A DNA stretch of 64,000 nucleotides, from IMG/VR virus record IMGVR_UViG_3300042197_000370; one strand, 5' to 3'. Source of the stretch: a virus. Of the stretch, positions 1 through 8,930 are shown piece after piece. A program made the position numbers and the translations under genes. The stretch's first letter is position 1. Every line of letters starts with the position of its first letter. The notes beneath the pieces are model-generated. The model did not search any database. It was not told the DNA's origin and was given only the letters and a program-made list of their open reading frames with translations.

Positions 1-363
1 TGCTTCATTACCAGAACTTTTAAGTAATGTTTTTACCATAGTAATTTTATCATCAATGACTTTACGCTGATTCACTAAGTCTTTGATAGTAGGATTACGT
101 TCTGATTCTGTCTGTAAATATTGTTCTTCCATTCGTTTAGCACGTGCCCATTCAAGTAAACTTTGTGTGTCATTATCTAAATCTATTTGGGCATGATTCA
201 TACTTATGGTCATCCAACTACTACCATCATAGACCTCAAAGTTTTGATTATTACCATTATAACGCAACATTCCTGCGCTAGCATTACTCATGTTGACATA
301 GGGGTAACTACTGTTACCACCCATAACAACAATGCCTCTACCGCTATTAATGTTTCTAATCAT
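1..363 (-). CDS. Hypothetical protein, runs off the window edge (absent from ORF track)
   Basis: ATG at 363 overlaps the clamp stop. The frame is open to base 1: MIRNINSGRGIVVMGGNSSYPYVNMSNASAGMLRYNGNNQNFEVYDGSSWMTI... Confidence 0.75.
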   Translation of the reverse strand, partial: MIRNINSGRGIVVMGGNSSYPYVNMSNASAGMLRYNGNNQNFEVYDGSSWMTISMNHAQIDLDNDTQSLLEWARAKRMEEQYLQTESERNPTIKDLVNQRKVIDDKITMVKTLLKSSGNEA

Positions 364-1082
364 TTTGCTTGTGCCGGAAGAAGATACCGATATACTGCAA
401 GTCCACTGTCAACAGTAACTTCGGCAGCACCCTGATCACTAATACGTACAGTTTTGTCACCTGGCAAGTCCATGATTGCTTGGAATACCTTAACAGGCCA
501 CATCCAAGGACGATTCAATGCACCGCTGACTCCGGGATGAAATACAAAGTTACCACTGTGAGTGCTAGGTTCACCAAAGTAGATTTTCAAATCATTCTTA
601 TCAGTCTTACATGTGAACTTATCTTCTTCACTGTTAGCACTTGCTTGCTTCTTAAAACGCTGAATACCTGCAACAGTAGGCTCAAACTCAACGTCCCACT
701 TAGCACCCTTAAACTTAACGTCTTTTACCTTTTCTTCGATAATTGACTTACTCATCAATCGATAGTCATTAACAAAGTCACCGACTTTAGTTTCAAAGTG
801 TACAGCAGTAGGAACATCATCCTTATTGCGTGTAACATTAATTACTGCATTATCATCATAATCATCAAAGCCTAAAATAGTTTTGAGTTTACCTAAGTTA
901 GGCATACCAAACGTGCCGATGAAATCTGGCATAGGGGTTTTAGTAGTACCCATAACTACAACACTCTTATCTTCACTGACTGCGATAATCTGTGTTTCTT
1001 TGTCAGTGCCGTTGACTCTGATTAAGTCAATAACTCCTAGACCATGTGTATGTTGAATCAAATCCTGTAAATTGTCTTTCAT
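360..1082 (-). CDS. Probable DNA polymerase sliding clamp (T4 gp45-like)
   Basis: Start moved to MKDNLQDL (ATG 1082, AAAGGA RBS). About 240 aa, directly downstream of polB, clamp-like size and alternating alpha/beta pattern, C-terminal YRYLLPA. Function inferred from context. Confidence 0.65.
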   Translation of the reverse strand: MKDNLQDLIQHTHGLGVIDLIRVNGTDKETQIIAVSEDKSVVVMGTTKTPMPDFIGTFGMPNLGKLKTILGFDDYDDNAVINVTRNKDDVPTAVHFETKVGDFVNDYRLMSKSIIEEKVKDVKFKGAKWDVEFEPTVAGIQRFKKQASANSEEDKFTCKTDKNDLKIYFGEPSTHSGNFVFHPGVSGALNRPWMWPVKVFQAIMDLPGDKTVRISDQGAAEVTVDSGLAVYRYLLPAQAK

Positions 1083-1124
1083 ATGTGTTCCTTTGTGTTT
1101 AATATTTAGGCGAGAATATTGTGT

Positions 1125-1153
1125 ATAATAATGGATTTTATTACGCTTGTCAA
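1125..1153 (-). promoter_or_regulatory. Sigma70-like promoter for the clamp gene (plus late motif CTAAATA at 1103-1109)
   Basis: TTGACA-17 nt-TATTAT on the minus strand. Confidence 0.7.
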
Positions 1154-1161
1154 TATCTAAT

Positions 1162-3870
1162 TTAACCAAATGAGAATAAATCATCAAACGTACTATTCGT
1201 ATCAGTATTGCTACGCAAATCCCAACCTAATACACCTAATAAGTTTTCAATCTTCTCGTCAACTAATGTGCGTTCCATTTCACTATCGTCAAATGGTAAG
1301 TCACAAAACCATTTAGGCAAGCGTAGTTCATCAGTTGGATATGCAATACTAGTGAAACCCAAAGCATTTGATTTGAGTTTACAAACAATGACTTTCATAC
1401 CATCAACCATTTTCATACTGTAATTGTCACCATTCACTCTACGTAAGTAGTTCCAATTCAATGCCGCACGTACATGCCCCGGCATGTTCGCTTTACCTGT
1501 CTTACTATTTTTTTCTAGTTCTTCGTAATAGGTTAACTTGTTTGCAGATTTAGGACTGCCCTTAGTCCAACTGTCTTGTTTACCAAGTTCTACTTTAAAT
1601 TCTTTAATTTTTTCAATAACATCATCACGTGTTTTACCTGCAAGAACCATTGACAATACTTCCATCAAAAACTCTTGCACATACTTGGGCGTGTCAGCAC
1701 GTTTCAAATCAAGACCCATAGCCTTGATATCACCCATTTTACCATTCACATCTTTGCGCTTGCCTTCTTTGTCATAGATGTTAATAGCATAGCGTTTCTT
1801 TGTAATGAATAGACTACGATCACCTACAAGTTCACGACCTGCTTTGATAATTTCGCCGTTCTTTCTTGGAGCATGAAATGCACGTTCCATAAATGCAGGG
1901 AAACTTTCATTTGCCTGTTCAGCAATAGCATCATAAAGTTGCACACATGCATCTTTATTCCACTCTAATTGTCCTTTTTCTATTTGTTCTTTTAATATCG
2001 GATACGCACTAAAGTAGCAACTATCAGTATCACCATATACGATAGTAGGACCTTCGTGATTGTACTCACCCGCAACTGTTTCATTGATGGTACTCATCAT
2101 GTGTCGCACAATCTGTCGGCCCGACAATGTAACACTTTGACCAATACGCTTATCATAGAAACGGCAATGTTCGTTTAACAATGCGCCATATGCAGAGTTA
2201 AGCAAAATCTTTCTAACAAGTTGTCGCTTATCATAGTACTCAAACATATCAGTACCATATGCTTCCTTAGCCTGCTTTTGAATTGATTTACGTTCTGTAT
2301 ACCAACGTGTAAGTAGACCGGGAATCACACCTTCTTGGTCACATCTAAAGATAGTACCATTAGCACTTAAGATATATGGTTTATGACTGTCAAAAATTAG
2401 TTTCCATACTTCGGCGGCACTCATTTCCACACTGCGACCATCCTCATAGTCAACTGTAAGCATAGTACCACGTTCTTGGTTCATGATTGATGTGTATTCT
2501 AAACTACCAAACAATCCTTCCCATAGTACGCTACCAGTTACTTCGTCATCGTCTTTACTTCGTTTCTTTTCACTAGCCAACCGTCTCCCTTTGTCATGCA
2601 TGTATTGGTTGGTGAGTGACTGTCTGACTTGAGCAACGATTGTTTCGGGAGCCATGTTGAGGGCTCTAATAGCACTGGGGTAGAGCGAGTTGATATCCAC
2701 TGCCCCGACCCATTCGTGGATGCCCCTTTTGGGCGTAGCAACATAGGCACCTGCCGCTTGTTGTTCATCACTATGATTTTCCTTTCGTTTTTTGTCTGGA
2801 ACTACCAAACCTCTTTCATGAGCCTCGTTCATGATTGCCATTTCAATCATCGCAACAGACCCCATGACTGTGGGCAACAGCACTGTGTTTTCATGCGCAA
2901 GTGCATTTGCCAAATCTAAGAATTTTAATTTGTTATGAATCTTAACAAGCAACATAGTATCTTGTCGATTGTATTCAATAAAACGTTTGAAGTCTTTATT
3001 GTACAATTGATCAAGTGTGCCTTCATATTGTGTTTTGTTTTCACCGACTTCCATTTCACCAATGAAGTCAAGTTTGTAACTATGGCGACTCTCATAGTTG
3101 TACTTCTTATACAACTGCAAATAGTCCATATGAACACGACCAACTAAATCATACGTTGTTTCTTCTTTGCCGAAACGTTCATATGTTCTCGCCTTAGGCA
3201 TCTGCCCAAGCAAACAAAACTTGCGTGTATCGTCTTTACTCATAATGCGAGTAACACGATTAACCATATAGGGTATGTCATACCCTTCTGAGTTCCAACC
3301 AGTTAGTATGTCTGCATCTTCAATCAATTGAAAGAAGGTTTCAAACATTTCTATTTCACTACGGAACAATAAGCAGTTTTCAAACTGACTGCAAATCTCT
3401 TGCGCAGTTTCATTGCTCATATGTTTGGGAGGAATAACAAGCGTGATGAGTTGATCAAGCCAATCCAAGTACATAGAAATAGCCGTAACCGGATTGAACG
3501 GATCCGATGTTGGGCTAAAGCCTTTATCCGGATCAAAGTCTACCTCAATGTCAAAGAAACATGTATGGAGTTTTGGAGGCTCTACCTTTAGATAGTTTTC
3601 ACTAAGGCATCTGAATACCACATTGATATCAGACTCAAACAGTTTCTTATTCGCATGAATTCGTTTTTCTTTTTCAAACTCACCACGCTTGCGTGTACTA
3701 AAACGACTTACAGTATCGCCATACAAACTGCGATACTTGCCTTTAGGATCGCTATAGTAAAGCGTATAGTTGCAGGGATATTCTTTATACGTGCGCTTGC
3801 CTTCAGGAGTTCGTTCTACAACGAAAATCCTGTCACTATCTCGGTCATGTATTGCGTCAATATACGACAT
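1162..3870 (-). CDS. polB: Family B DNA polymerase (T4 gp43-like)
   Basis: Exonuclease motifs FFDIEVD, TGWNSEGYDIPY and YNRQD. Polymerase motifs DINSLYPS, KILLNSAYG, YGDTDS and KKRYA. No intein. Confidence 0.97.
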   Translation of the reverse strand: MSYIDAIHDRDSDRIFVVERTPEGKRTYKEYPCNYTLYYSDPKGKYRSLYGDTVSRFSTRKRGEFEKEKRIHANKKLFESDINVVFRCLSENYLKVEPPKLHTCFFDIEVDFDPDKGFSPTSDPFNPVTAISMYLDWLDQLITLVIPPKHMSNETAQEICSQFENCLLFRSEIEMFETFFQLIEDADILTGWNSEGYDIPYMVNRVTRIMSKDDTRKFCLLGQMPKARTYERFGKEETTYDLVGRVHMDYLQLYKKYNYESRHSYKLDFIGEMEVGENKTQYEGTLDQLYNKDFKRFIEYNRQDTMLLVKIHNKLKFLDLANALAHENTVLLPTVMGSVAMIEMAIMNEAHERGLVVPDKKRKENHSDEQQAAGAYVATPKRGIHEWVGAVDINSLYPSAIRALNMAPETIVAQVRQSLTNQYMHDKGRRLASEKKRSKDDDEVTGSVLWEGLFGSLEYTSIMNQERGTMLTVDYEDGRSVEMSAAEVWKLIFDSHKPYILSANGTIFRCDQEGVIPGLLTRWYTERKSIQKQAKEAYGTDMFEYYDKRQLVRKILLNSAYGALLNEHCRFYDKRIGQSVTLSGRQIVRHMMSTINETVAGEYNHEGPTIVYGDTDSCYFSAYPILKEQIEKGQLEWNKDACVQLYDAIAEQANESFPAFMERAFHAPRKNGEIIKAGRELVGDRSLFITKKRYAINIYDKEGKRKDVNGKMGDIKAMGLDLKRADTPKYVQEFLMEVLSMVLAGKTRDDVIEKIKEFKVELGKQDSWTKGSPKSANKLTYYEELEKNSKTGKANMPGHVRAALNWNYLRRVNGDNYSMKMVDGMKVIVCKLKSNALGFTSIAYPTDELRLPKWFCDLPFDDSEMERTLVDEKIENLLGVLGWDLRSNTDTNSTFDDLFSFG

Positions 3871-4471
3871 TAAATCCCTTATTGTAAATTTGTTCTGCCA
3901 TGTCTTTATGTGACTCAGGTCCTGGATGAACCTTATCCGTTGCCTTGTCCAAATAATTCCATGATATATCTTGTATTATATCAGGAACTTCAATGTTGTA
4001 AAGTGTGTTTGGATGATTCAATTTATCTTCTAAAGCCATAATGGATATGTGTTTCATGCTTTTTTCTTTAAAATACAAACTAGCATGTTGCATGATTAAC
4101 CAATTACGCCTGGCTATATCTGTTCTATATTTGTCAGATAGAATTACAAAATTTCTGTAAGAACTATGATTCTGTGAAATTCTAAGACCTTCAGATGGTT
4201 CTAAAAACTTATAGAATTCTAGCCTGTCAAAATAACTCCACATTGTTATTACAGTGTCATCAGGTTCAAATTTAAAATTAAGGACATTTGAAAATATTTC
4301 TGTCTGTCCAGCCCCCGGATTTCCCTTGTTAACAACTTCTAAATTTAATTTAGATCCTAGTACACTGGGCCATGCTAAATTACTGGCTTTATATACTTCT
4401 CTATAGGGCCAATTATCAGACAATGCAAATCCAAACGTTAGTGAACAACCAAATGTAACTAATCGACTCAT
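3857..4471 (-). CDS. SGNH/GDSL hydrolase-like protein
   Basis: Block I FGCSLTFG, block II NKGNPGAG, C-terminal DKVHPG. Confidence 0.55.
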   Translation of the reverse strand: MSRLVTFGCSLTFGFALSDNWPYREVYKASNLAWPSVLGSKLNLEVVNKGNPGAGQTEIFSNVLNFKFEPDDTVITMWSYFDRLEFYKFLEPSEGLRISQNHSSYRNFVILSDKYRTDIARRNWLIMQHASLYFKEKSMKHISIMALEDKLNHPNTLYNIEVPDIIQDISWNYLDKATDKVHPGPESHKDMAEQIYNKGFNVVY

Positions 4472-4472
4472 A

Positions 4473-4763
4473 TTAATTATTCAATAATCTTACCAAACCA
4501 ATTGTATCAATTGCTGTAAGTAATAGATAATTGGCTAACATACCAAATGATTTACGGTTCCAAGCAGCCCATGCATACATTGAGCATCCTGCAATCCATA
4601 AGGGATAAAGAGCCAAAAACGGCACGTTAGGTACCGTAATGGCTACTACAAAGGAACAACCTATGCTGATTGCCCAAGCAAGAACTTCGATAACAAATCT
4701 TAAACGATTTGATACCCAATCTTCTTTAATCCACTGAAAGATACCAACTAGTATATCGTTCAC
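4473..4763 (-). CDS. Small membrane protein
   Basis: About three hydrophobic segments; GTG start overlaps the upstream TGA. Confidence 0.7.
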   Translation of the reverse strand: MNDILVGIFQWIKEDWVSNRLRFVIEVLAWAISIGCSFVVAITVPNVPFLALYPLWIAGCSMYAWAAWNRKSFGMLANYLLLTAIDTIGLVRLLNN

Positions 4764-5023
4764 AGAGTTTTGCCAACTGCCTCAAGGACGTTGTTAAGTT
4801 CTTCGTGTTCTTTGTTAGTCTGTCCAAGACTTGCCTTGTGTGCAATACGAATTGCTTTCTTTAATACGCTAGGCTTAACTTCTAACTCTTCGGCAACAGC
4901 CTTGATTGTGTCTGTAAGACCGCCTTGAAGCGTTTCAATTTCATGCATTACTGCCATACCTTCATTGACTAATTGCGTCAACTTAATTTTTGCATCACCT
5001 GTAAATGTACGTGCGTCACTCAT
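4760..5023 (-). CDS. DsbA/GapR-like dsDNA-binding protein
   Basis: Start moved to MSDART (ATG 5023, CAGGAG RBS). 87 aa helical protein; IKAVAEELEVKPSVLKKAIRIAHK resembles T4 DsbA / DUF2312. Confidence 0.55.
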   Translation of the reverse strand: MSDARTFTGDAKIKLTQLVNEGMAVMHEIETLQGGLTDTIKAVAEELEVKPSVLKKAIRIAHKASLGQTNKEHEELNNVLEAVGKTL

Positions 5024-5051
5024 AATTTTCTCCTGTGTTATTATATAGCGA

Positions 5052-5642
5052 TTACTCTTGTTTCTCAACTAATTTTTTCACCATGGTATGTAAGCCGGGA
5101 TTGACTTGCAACGCCATTGGCAATAGATTATGTCGAATAAGATTGCGGGTATACTTTGTATCTGTGTTACTAGTATCTTCACACCATGATACACCCTTAC
5201 GCTTGCACCAGTCAACGAATTCGGACTTCCTAGTTGTGAGGAACGGGCGCAAGACATTATTACGAAAGCGGGGAATTAGTTTGGGAGTGCCATGCATACA
5301 TGCCCAAAGATAAGTTTCTACTACGTCATCTAAATGATGCCCAGTTACTACATTACCTAATGGTTCTAAAAACTTATATCGCTCGTTTCGCCAAAATTCT
5401 TCTGGGCTTAAGTCATCGGGCTTTTGACTAGTAAGCATTCCTACGAATAAAGGTAGATTTCTATTAGTGCAGAATTTGGTAACAAATTCAAATGCACGTT
5501 CGCTATTCTCAGTGCCATGATGGAAGAACGCACATGTAACTTTGTGCTTTCTACTTAGAAAGTCTGTGATAGCAACACTATCTACTCCACCGCTAAGTGC
5601 AATGGTAATTTCTTTAGGCAAAGGAAAGAGTAACTTGAGCAT
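5052..5642 (-). CDS. tilS: TilS-like PP-loop ATPase (catalytic domain only)
   Basis: SGGVDS PP-loop, RNERYKFL, TGHHLDDVVETYL, RPFL, W-x-ED-x-SN-x5-RN-x-IR. Only 196 aa, with no C-terminal domains. Confidence 0.8.
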   Translation of the reverse strand: MLKLLFPLPKEITIALSGGVDSVAITDFLSRKHKVTCAFFHHGTENSERAFEFVTKFCTNRNLPLFVGMLTSQKPDDLSPEEFWRNERYKFLEPLGNVVTGHHLDDVVETYLWACMHGTPKLIPRFRNNVLRPFLTTRKSEFVDWCKRKGVSWCEDTSNTDTKYTRNLIRHNLLPMALQVNPGLHTMVKKLVEKQE

Positions 5643-5648
5643 TTGAGT

Positions 5649-5677
5649 ATTATATAATCAAACAGATAAAAAAGCAA
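5649..5677 (-). promoter_or_regulatory. Sigma70-like promoter, probably leaderless, for tilS
   Basis: TTGCTT-17 nt-TATAAT-6 nt-ATG, no Shine-Dalgarno. Confidence 0.65.
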
Positions 5678-5686
5678 ATGAATTGG

Positions 5687-6751
5687 TTAACAATGACGTA
5701 TGTATGTCCAGTCGAACTGAGTTCTAGGATCGACTTCTTTTGGTAATATAGATTTAATTTGGGTAATATCTTCTTTAACCATTTCATTAAATCTATTGAA
5801 ATTGTGTTCCAAATCTAGTTGAATATCGTTAATATATTTGGAATAATTGTCTTTAAAGTATTGGATACAACTTATGACGGCCCTTAACCTTTCATAATCA
5901 TCTACTATTGAATCATAGTCAATAGGCAAATATTCTCTAAATGTTTTAAAACCCAACTCTTCTAAACTTTTTAATGTATTAATACACCCTAAAATTATAA
6001 AAGGATGTTTATTGAGTATTGGTCTAAATGTTTTTTCTGTCAGTGTGGCTGAATGAAAGGCTGTTTCAGACACAATACTGAATGAAGTGTTTGAATATAT
6101 TTTAGGATCGTATGGCCAAGGCGATGATACAATAAAATCTAGGTTTTTAGTAAAAGAACTTCTATGAGGATCCATTGGATCTATATCTAAACTTTTATGG
6201 CAGTAACTGATAAAATTTTCAAATTCATCTTCTGTTAAATGATGTAACAGTTCTTGTCTAATGACTTGTTTACTTTTAGGAGATACAATATAAGACCAGT
6301 CTATGTATGATAACATAGAATTTTTATATAACTCATACATCAGTACGGTTCTAGAAAATCTTTCAATCTTGCCAGGAATATACAATCCTCTGCCAAAATT
6401 GTAATTCCATTGATCACTAATCTTATTTTTATTTTTTCCGTAATATTGATGATAGTATGTCGTCAGTTGCATACCGGAAAATGCTACATTACTGCAAGGA
6501 AATTTATAATTTTTATTTCTTACATTGGTAACTATGCAATAACTTATATTATGAGTTTTAAATTCTTTATCTACTAAAGTCCAATGCTGATCATCACTTT
6601 CAGTATATTTGGAATCTTCACTTATATCATCAAGAACCACACAAATATTTTTATTAGGCTTTGCTTCAAAAATAATTTGCCTTAGGTCTTTTCGTAGTTG
6701 TTGTATATCTAACCTATAATAGTTAAACTGTTTTCTTATAGTATAAACCAT
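5687..6751 (-). CDS. Putative glycosyltransferase (GT10-like C-terminal motif)
   Basis: FSIVSET...LTEKTFRPILNKHPFIILG resembles the F-x-L-x2-EN...TEK...P-I motif of GT10-like enzymes; paralogue at 23508. Confidence 0.45.
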   Translation of the reverse strand: MVYTIRKQFNYYRLDIQQLRKDLRQIIFEAKPNKNICVVLDDISEDSKYTESDDQHWTLVDKEFKTHNISYCIVTNVRNKNYKFPCSNVAFSGMQLTTYYHQYYGKNKNKISDQWNYNFGRGLYIPGKIERFSRTVLMYELYKNSMLSYIDWSYIVSPKSKQVIRQELLHHLTEDEFENFISYCHKSLDIDPMDPHRSSFTKNLDFIVSSPWPYDPKIYSNTSFSIVSETAFHSATLTEKTFRPILNKHPFIILGCINTLKSLEELGFKTFREYLPIDYDSIVDDYERLRAVISCIQYFKDNYSKYINDIQLDLEHNFNRFNEMVKEDITQIKSILPKEVDPRTQFDWTYIRHC

Positions 6752-7344
6752 TATTGAAATATATGTCTGTTCTTTTCACCGTAAATCTTTATATATTTAC
6801 CAGCAAGCATATCAGCCATTGCTTCAATAGGACTGCCAGGGTAACTATCTCCGGGTTTTATCATACCTAATTCACTCTGTCTAACGTGAACTAATTCATG
6901 GAACACTGTTCTAAGTATGTCTACAAGATTTCTATTAGCAGAATATACCCAAACACTATCACTGCCCTCTGTATGTGATCCTGTATGATGCCCTTGTTGT
7001 GCTTCTTGGGTATCCATACTTAATTCAATTTTTGGTATTTTTTGTAGATTTAATTTCTTTGCTGCCCATTTAACGAAATTGTCAACTTCACCTTGTAAGT
7101 CAGGGTCAGTGTTATCAACTTCGTCTAGTTTATTCTTTATCCAACTATCAGGAGTTTTCTTATATTTTCTAACGAATAAATCGTGCAATGCTTTTCCTGT
7201 GATCTTGTGTTTAGCACTAATCTTACGCATTAATTTATCTATGGTGTTGTAATCATGTTTTTCAAGGCTAGGTAGGCGTTTAGCGAGTTCCAACGCAGGC
7301 CCCTCGCTAATTGCATTTTCAGTAATAAAGTCTACAGCCCTCAT
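6751..7344 (-). CDS. Putative virion-internal zincin-like metallopeptidase
   Basis: N-terminus MRAVDFITE (CTS-like); HELVH (HExxH) followed by SPIEAMAD. Confidence 0.6.
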   Translation of the reverse strand: MRAVDFITENAISEGPALELAKRLPSLEKHDYNTIDKLMRKISAKHKITGKALHDLFVRKYKKTPDSWIKNKLDEVDNTDPDLQGEVDNFVKWAAKKLNLQKIPKIELSMDTQEAQQGHHTGSHTEGSDSVWVYSANRNLVDILRTVFHELVHVRQSELGMIKPGDSYPGSPIEAMADMLAGKYIKIYGEKNRHIFQ

Positions 7345-7571
7345 TCTAACCCGTAATTGCTAACAGATACAACCTCGTCATCATCCATAGTTGTATGACT
7401 TGTTATTTGTTCTTGTATAAGCCAATTATTGTAGTGTTGGTCGTATACTTCACTAGGAAAGGTTACTTCTTTAAATTTAAAATAATCTTCCATTAATGTA
7501 ACTCTTAGCCAATCATCAAAAGATAAGAAGTCCTTACCCTTAGCAGATTCGTATATGTGTTTAATAGCCAT
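7341..7571 (-). CDS. Hypothetical protein
   Basis: Tightly packed ORF, ATGA overlap with the next gene. Confidence 0.6.
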   Translation of the reverse strand: MAIKHIYESAKGKDFLSFDDWLRVTLMEDYFKFKEVTFPSEVYDQHYNNWLIQEQITSHTTMDDDEVVSVSNYGLE

Positions 7572-7590
7572 AGTATTTTTCCCCTATACT

Positions 7591-7597
7591 TATTTAT
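7591..7597 (-). promoter_or_regulatory. T4-like late promoter motif ATAAATA
   Basis: Upstream of the 7571 start; similar to T4 TATAAATA. Confidence 0.5.
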
Positions 7598-8262
7598 CTG
7601 ATTTGGTATTCAACTACGTTTGCTAATTCTGCTAAAAACTGCTCTGTAGTTGGTGTTTTGACCCCTGTTATTTGTAAAGTTACTCTAGGATAATGACTAG
7701 CATTTGCTGTGCTATGGGGTAGATTCTGCCAATCAAATGTTGTAACTTCCCCTACTTTCCACATACTGTGTTGATAGTTCCCATAACTCCAAAACTGTCC
7801 AGGTTGCCAATCAGTTAATGCTACTTGGATTCGTATGACACTATCTGGATCATTTGGGTTCCATTTCTCTAGTTTATCTAAATGTAAGTTCCATACTTCG
7901 CCTGGCTTTTGTACGTGTATGCGATTCATGCAATCATCTAACGCAAATAGTTTGCTGACCTCCTGAAGTACTTTAGGTATATCCCAATTAAGATGAGTAA
8001 TTTGATAATCTTTGCCATATCCAAAACGTTCCAAATCATAATCTTCTGCTTCTAATTCTTCTTCGGGTCTTGACTTGCCAACCTGTCCACGAGTTCTCCA
8101 AGTTGCAGGTTTAGCATTCTCTACCATTTGTTCTACATAGTCAGCAATGTCTAATTTAAACTTTCCTAAACGTATTACTTTATCAAAGTTAGGATCGATA
8201 ACATCATTTCTAAAATGATATTTGCTTCTAGGTTTTGTTGTTTCCCAACTACTTTTCATCAT
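7594..8262 (-). CDS. 2OG-Fe(II) oxygenase, aspartyl/asparaginyl beta-hydroxylase-like
   Basis: QKPGEVWNLHLD (HxD), RIQVAL, FDWQNLPHSTAN (distal His), RVTLQITG (2OG-binding Arg). Confidence 0.7.
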   Translation of the reverse strand: MMKSSWETTKPRSKYHFRNDVIDPNFDKVIRLGKFKLDIADYVEQMVENAKPATWRTRGQVGKSRPEEELEAEDYDLERFGYGKDYQITHLNWDIPKVLQEVSKLFALDDCMNRIHVQKPGEVWNLHLDKLEKWNPNDPDSVIRIQVALTDWQPGQFWSYGNYQHSMWKVGEVTTFDWQNLPHSTANASHYPRVTLQITGVKTPTTEQFLAELANVVEYQIR

Positions 8263-8930
8263 AACACCTTTACATTAATATCTTTAGTTTTATAGTCTTG
8301 TCTATACTTTTCCGGTGGAGGTTCAATTCTACAGAATCCGCAAGTCTCAAGGTTATTGAAAGTAATCAATCCACCCTTCATAGTAAATGTATTATCTAAT
8401 GAGGGCAATGTTCCTAATTTACCGTGCCATGCTTGCATTAGACCTTCATTCTGTCTATCTATGATTTTAGCCATAGTTTTTAAGTCTACATAATATTTAT
8501 CGTATTTTGGGTATGTGATATTAAAATGACCACAACGTACCCACCATCCTAAACAAGCATCATTAGGTCTATGTACTAGTATAACCGGACATTCAGGCCA
8601 TAATTCTTTAAGATACTTTACATTCTCATAATAACTGAATATATGACTCTTTACTATTTTGACCCCAGTGCCGTTAAATGGCTTGTCAAATAGCACCTCA
8701 GCCTGTTCTTTAGTTAATGTTGTCATATCCTCTGGTAAGTCAAATTCCATACCAGGATCAAAATACGCACCAAGATGCATAAGGTGCATTACGCCTCCGT
8801 CTGCATCATGGTGGTATGTTCTTTCGTCACTGTAGTCGCTTCTGTCAATACTTGGACTATAGTAAATGTTTTTTACTACGCTACTCCACTTAGAGCCAGG
8901 AGCGCCTGCTACGAAAATATATTTCATCAT
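8259..8930 (-). CDS. Sulfotransferase-like P-loop protein
   Basis: IFVAGAPGSKWSS resembles the 5'-PSB loop; IVKSH and VILVHRP follow the sulfotransferase pattern. Confidence 0.5.
   Translation of the reverse strand: MMKYIFVAGAPGSKWSSVVKNIYYSPSIDRSDYSDERTYHHDADGGVMHLMHLGAYFDPGMEFDLPEDMTTLTKEQAEVLFDKPFNGTGVKIVKSHIFSYYENVKYLKELWPECPVILVHRPNDACLGWWVRCGHFNITYPKYDKYYVDLKTMAKIIDRQNEGLMQAWHGKLGTLPSLDNTFTMKGGLITFNNLETCGFCRIEPPPEKYRQDYKTKDINVKVL

Noticed and set aside
187-746. Plus-strand ORFs 187-435 and 369-746, and the many other short antisense ORFs in the track
   Set aside because: They are shadows of well-supported minus-strand genes, with no RBS or motifs
1083-1187. 35-aa N-terminal extension of the clamp ORF
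   Set aside because: It overlaps the polB 3' end and the promoters; the RBS supports ATG 1082
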